From a virus (taxonomy: Duplodnaviria; Heunggongvirae; Uroviricota; Caudoviricetes), in IMG/VR virus record IMGVR_UViG_3300046786_000272, positions 1 through 14,061 of that record: a stretch of 14,061 bases of DNA; one strand, 5' to 3'. Numbering within the stretch: the stretch's first letter is position 1; every line of letters begins with the position of its first letter. A program made the position numbers and the translations under genes. Below are positions 13,687-14,061 of this stretch, in pieces. A model generated the notes under the pieces. That model ran no database searches, had not been told where the DNA came from, and was given only the letters and a program-made list of their open reading frames with translations.

Positions 13687-13953
13687 ATGAACAAGAAAAT
13701 AATTTATACAGCAAAATTTGGCAAAGAATTCTTAACATGGCATCAGTGGGTTTACACTACTAGGTCAGAAGAAGAAATTGACGAATATGAGACTATAGAC
13801 GAGCAACCAGGAAAAATGACTCCCGGTAAAGAAGCATTATTCAAAGCTTGGATAAAGGATCAGGAAATATTAGCACATACAGTTTATGTAGACACTGATG
13901 ATGACTTTATGAAATATTTTGAGTTTACTATTTTTCCACAAGACGAAACATGA
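13687..13953 (+). CDS. Hypothetical 88-aa acidic protein
   Basis: The start is placed at ATG 13687 (MNKKIIY) directly after the promoter motif; the track start at 13636 would run through the structured element and promoter. ATGA coupling to the next ORF. Confidence 0.6.
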   Translation: MNKKIIYTAKFGKEFLTWHQWVYTTRSEEEIDEYETIDEQPGKMTPGKEALFKAWIKDQEILAHTVYVDTDDDFMKYFEFTIFPQDET

Positions 13954-14061
13954 TAGCAGATGACATTTTAACAGAATCAGCAACTAATGAATTAGCCAAA
14001 AGGCTACCGTCATTACGTAAACACAACTATGATACCATTGATACATTAATGCGTGACATAG
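13950..14061 (+). CDS. 3'-truncated hypothetical protein with capsid-targeting-like N-terminus (MIADDILTE|SATNELAKRLPSLRKHNYDTIDTLMRDI...)
   Basis: ATGA overlap with the upstream stop, and an open frame to the window end. Confidence 0.7.
   Translation, partial: MIADDILTESATNELAKRLPSLRKHNYDTIDTLMRDI

Larger units (their letters stand above)
13569..13693 (+). repeat. 17-nt direct repeat (16/17 identical) with 108-nt period
   Basis: GATAAATATTATGAACA at 13569-13585 and GATAAATAGTATGAACA at 13677-13693. Confidence 0.88.

Noticed and set aside
1-14061. Stop-codon reassignment, CRISPR array or mobile element
   Set aside because: Genes end cleanly at TAA, TGA or TAG with coupled downstream starts and no split domains. 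No repeat-spacer array, transposase, integrase or homing endonuclease motif was seen.

Overview
This is an AT-rich, densely packed 14 kb segment that looks like the late-expressed accessory region of a large T4-like (Tevenvirinae-like or jumbo) phage. The phage origin is inferred from T4-type late-promoter motifs ((G)ATAAATA), T4-like capsid-targeting N-termini and the gene mix; no hallmark capsid or terminase gene is in the window. From left to right it contains: a 5'-truncated RyR-domain protein with a Gly/His repeat; a GT-A glycosyltransferase-like gene with its own terminator; and a 792-aa multi-domain protein (nucleotidyltransferase + ART-like + GNAT-like + short tail). A tightly coupled 7-gene operon follows (4288-10141): three modular, probably head-packaged proteins, Dps, an unannotated 25-aa peptide, a GNAT/cryptic-Tat-signal/GH19 lysozyme fusion and a secreted non-specific nuclease. 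Next come a convergent SAM methyltransferase and a TctC/Bug - sulfotransferase-like - 2OG-Fe(II) oxygenase - APS-kinase-like operon. The window ends with a GC-rich structured 108-nt cassette flanked by 17-nt direct repeats and two further ORFs. The best candidate for an undescribed system is a cluster of capsid-cargo 'polyproteins' whose modules are separated by [ILVM]-x-E prohead-protease-like sites; one such site sits immediately before a perfect internal twin-arginine signal peptide. All family calls come from motif recognition by eye; no database searches were run. No tRNA, rRNA, CRISPR array or transposase was seen.
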